A stretch of 38,800 bases of DNA from a virus. Taxonomy: Duplodnaviria > Caudoviricetes. Location: positions 1 to 38,800 of IMG/VR virus record IMGVR_UViG_3300032233_003305; one strand, 5' to 3'. Both the position numbers and the translations under genes were made by a program. Within the stretch, counting starts at the first letter, position 1. Each line of letters starts with the position of its first letter. The notes under the pieces are model-generated. The model made no database searches. It worked only from the letters and a program-made list of their open reading frames with translations, and was not told the DNA's origin. Shown one piece after another: positions 36,211 through 38,800 of this stretch.

Positions 36211-38127
36211 ATGCGACTGAAATCTCATAGAACAGTTGAACAGATTGCAAGGAAACATCGCATGGATGTTTCAGATATTCAGAGGCAACTTGATATGGGT
36301 GTTCCTATTGAGCACGAACATACTCGCAATAAAACTTTAGCAACTGATATTGCTCTTCAACATCTTGACGAGTTTCCAGATTATTATACTCGTTTGAAAA
36401 AGATGGAATCATCCGCAAGGAAAGAACATAAAAAGTTCAAGGATGTTAGAATTGATGAGGAAGGTATTCTTAATTGGTTTGGAAAATCTGAATCAAAAGA
36501 TAAAAAACCCGGTTGGGTAAATGTTGTCACAGGTGGAACTTGTGCAAGTGATGAACCTGGAGAAGGAGTTCCAAAATGTGTATCTTCTGAGAAAAGAGCA
36601 AATATGACTAAAGCAGAAAGATTATCCGCAGCAAGAAGAAAGAAAACAGCAGATCCTGGACAACAAGAAAAATCTGGTGCTGCAAAACCAACTTATGTTT
36701 CAACAGATAGGTCTAAGAAAGCAATGAAAGAAGAAATGGATCTCCAAGAAGTAAAAGATAAACCAGGCAAAGGTAGTGGTAAAAAAGATGCCTGTTATAA
36801 TAAAGTAAAATCAAGGTATGATGTTTGGCCTAGTGCATATGCATCAGGAGCACTTGTTAAATGTCGTAAAGTTGGTGTTGATAATTGGGGCACAAAATCA
36901 GAAGATTTTATAATGGATGAAGCAAAAAAATGCTGGAAGGGATATAAAAAAACTGGAACTCAAAAACTTTTTGGAAAAACATATAATCGTTGCGAAAAAA
37001 CAAACGAAGAAGTGGAAATGAAAAGATATTGTCCAAAATGTGCAAAAGAAGAGACTCGTGATGAATGCAAATACGGTCAAAAGTATTGGGATATGTTCTC
37101 AATGCCCATTACTTTGAAGAAGTATACACCAAATACTCCACATCCTGGAAATATGCCAGAAGAAAAGGATCATGAGTATTCAATGGCGCGTTCTGAACTG
37201 AACACAATTGCGAATGCTACAAAGAGATTAAAGAAAAAGATGAAAGGAGAAGGTAATATTGAAGCATGGGTTCAGTCAAAGATTACTAAGGCCGCAGATT
37301 ATATTGATACTGCAGCTGATTATGTTGATAGTAGAGAAAGTAAAGTAAATGAGGATATTACTATCGAAGATGCAAATGGCAATACATTCCTCAGAATTAT
37401 TGATATTATTAAAGCAGATCGTCTTGTTAGAGAAGGAATTAGTCCAACTATTCCTGGAGGAAAATCTCCATATAAGAATCCATCTCTTCCAAAAGAAAAT
37501 CCGGATGATGTGAAGATTAGAATCATAAAAGGAAAAGAACCCAAATTACCTTTAGCAAAGGGAGAAGGTGGATCTCCATATGAACCATATAAGGCACCAA
37601 AAGAGGATCCAAAAAATCCATATGTTCCTGCACCAAAAAGACCAAAGATTCAATTAGCACATTACGAATCTGAAGGAACTTATATTGAAGAGCAAGTATC
37701 AGATACTGATACAGCACAGGAAAAATTTAATAGAAGAGTTAATGCTGCAAAAGCACCTGGATTAACACCCGCATTGAAAGTAAAAATCCTGAAATCAGCT
37801 TCCGAGATTCATCCATCAAAAGTAAAGACTCTTGAATCTTTCATGATCGAAGCATCCGCTGCTTGGCAAAGAAAAGAGGGAAAGAATCCTGAGGGTGGTC
37901 TAAACAAAAAGGGGATTGCTTCTTACCGCAAAGAGAATCCTGGATCACGCCTCTCACTTGCGGTTACAACAAAACCTTCCAAATTAAAAAAAGGATCAAA
38001 ATCAGCAAATCGCAGAAAGTCATTTTGTAGTCGTATGTCCGGCATGAAAGCAAAATTAACAAGTGCAAAAACCGCCAATGATCCCAATTCAAGAATAAAT
38101 AAGTCATTAAGGAAGTGGAATTGTTAG
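36211..38127 (+). CDS. Modular basic protein (638 aa), putative internal head polyprotein
   Basis: Chain of short modules (IEHEHT..PDYYTRL; WPSAYASG; CWKGY; AWVQSKIT; AAWQRKEGK..RKWNC) separated by Glu linkers. ORF is solid; function is inferred. Confidence 0.65.
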   Translation: MRLKSHRTVEQIARKHRMDVSDIQRQLDMGVPIEHEHTRNKTLATDIALQHLDEFPDYYTRLKKMESSARKEHKKFKDVRIDEEGILNWFGKSESKDKKPGWVNVVTGGTCASDEPGEGVPKCVSSEKRANMTKAERLSAARRKKTADPGQQEKSGAAKPTYVSTDRSKKAMKEEMDLQEVKDKPGKGSGKKDACYNKVKSRYDVWPSAYASGALVKCRKVGVDNWGTKSEDFIMDEAKKCWKGYKKTGTQKLFGKTYNRCEKTNEEVEMKRYCPKCAKEETRDECKYGQKYWDMFSMPITLKKYTPNTPHPGNMPEEKDHEYSMARSELNTIANATKRLKKKMKGEGNIEAWVQSKITKAADYIDTAADYVDSRESKVNEDITIEDANGNTFLRIIDIIKADRLVREGISPTIPGGKSPYKNPSLPKENPDDVKIRIIKGKEPKLPLAKGEGGSPYEPYKAPKEDPKNPYVPAPKRPKIQLAHYESEGTYIEEQVSDTDTAQEKFNRRVNAAKAPGLTPALKVKILKSASEIHPSKVKTLESFMIEASAAWQRKEGKNPEGGLNKKGIASYRKENPGSRLSLAVTTKPSKLKKGSKSANRRKSFCSRMSGMKAKLTSAKTANDPNSRINKSLRKWNC

Positions 38128-38128
38128 T

Positions 38129-38800
38129 ATGTCTCAAGACTTGAATGATTTTTTTAAATTATTAGCAGAAGATAAAAAAAAGAAAAAAGAAGAATTTGAT
38201 TCTGTAGTTGGAGACTTAGGATTAGATTCTCTTTTTGGAGAATTTGCCGCACTTAAGAAAAAAGAAAAGGAAAAGAAAGTAGAAGAGCAAAAAGAACAAG
38301 AATCTATTATAGGTGAAATTACTTTAGATTCTGTTTTTGAGGAAGTTGCTAATCTAAAGAAAGAAACTAAAAAGAAAAAGGTACAAGAAGAAAAAACTGT
38401 TAAAGCCTTTGAGAAATGGTTGTATTCAGAGACAACCAAAGAACAAGAACAAATTATTGAAGATGTAATTGAAGAATCTTTGGATGAAGTCCTTGAGGTA
38501 TTAGAAGACCATAAAGAAGAATTAGAAGAACCCAAAGAGGAACTAATTGAAAAATCATTAGGTCTTCTTGCCGAACCATCAGATGTTAAAGTTCAACAAG
38601 ATCCAATTACTCCACTGGATCAAAAGTTTGCAACACTTGATGATTTACAGAAACATTACAGCACTTTCCTTTCTCGTATTCAGCAACAAATTTCCACATT
38701 AGGTGGTGGTGGAGAAACTCGTCTAAGATACTTAGATGATATTGTGGGTATTAAGACAAATCCTGGTTCTTATAACAAAGGATTATTAGAGTGGAACTCA
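38129..38800 (+). CDS. K/E-rich coiled-coil protein, 3'-truncated
   Basis: MSQDLNDFFKLLAEDKKKK...LGGGGETRLRYLDDIVG, open to the window end. Confidence 0.8.
   Translation, partial: MSQDLNDFFKLLAEDKKKKKEEFDSVVGDLGLDSLFGEFAALKKKEKEKKVEEQKEQESIIGEITLDSVFEEVANLKKETKKKKVQEEKTVKAFEKWLYSETTKEQEQIIEDVIEESLDEVLEVLEDHKEELEEPKEELIEKSLGLLAEPSDVKVQQDPITPLDQKFATLDDLQKHYSTFLSRIQQQISTLGGGGETRLRYLDDIVGIKTNPGSYNKGLLEWNS

Noticed and set aside
6500-38535. Short antisense or nested ORFs within core genes
   Set aside because: Shadow frames of long, recognisable + strand genes; 38134-38535 mirrors the K/E-rich ORF at 38129.

Overview
Fragment of a T4-like cyanomyovirus genome (inferred from gene content and protein architecture). 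All credible genes are on the + strand. 1-6240 is an accessory, probably early, region of small unknown ORFs. It is densely interleaved with regulatory DNA: three families of palindromic operators, divergent sigma70-type promoters, duplicated gene-end/terminator cassettes, an AT-rich 24-bp-period repeat array and several candidate structured RNAs. 6245-8640 encodes an AbrB-like regulator, a GT-A glycosyltransferase, a PRTase-like protein, SpeD and small conserved proteins. 8667-36202 is the AT-rich virion module: gp25, gp6, giant gp7-like, gp8, VrlC-like, gp13, gp14, gp15, gp16. A modular 638-aa putative head polyprotein and a truncated ORF follow. The most novel signal is the non-coding layer of 675-6190. 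It includes ORF-less minus-strand promoters driving two homologous hairpin/pseudoknot elements whose stems covary completely, and a GC-rich RNA enclosed in a stem containing a cyanobacterial rRNA BoxA-like sequence. All calls are from reading by eye; no searches or folding programs were run.
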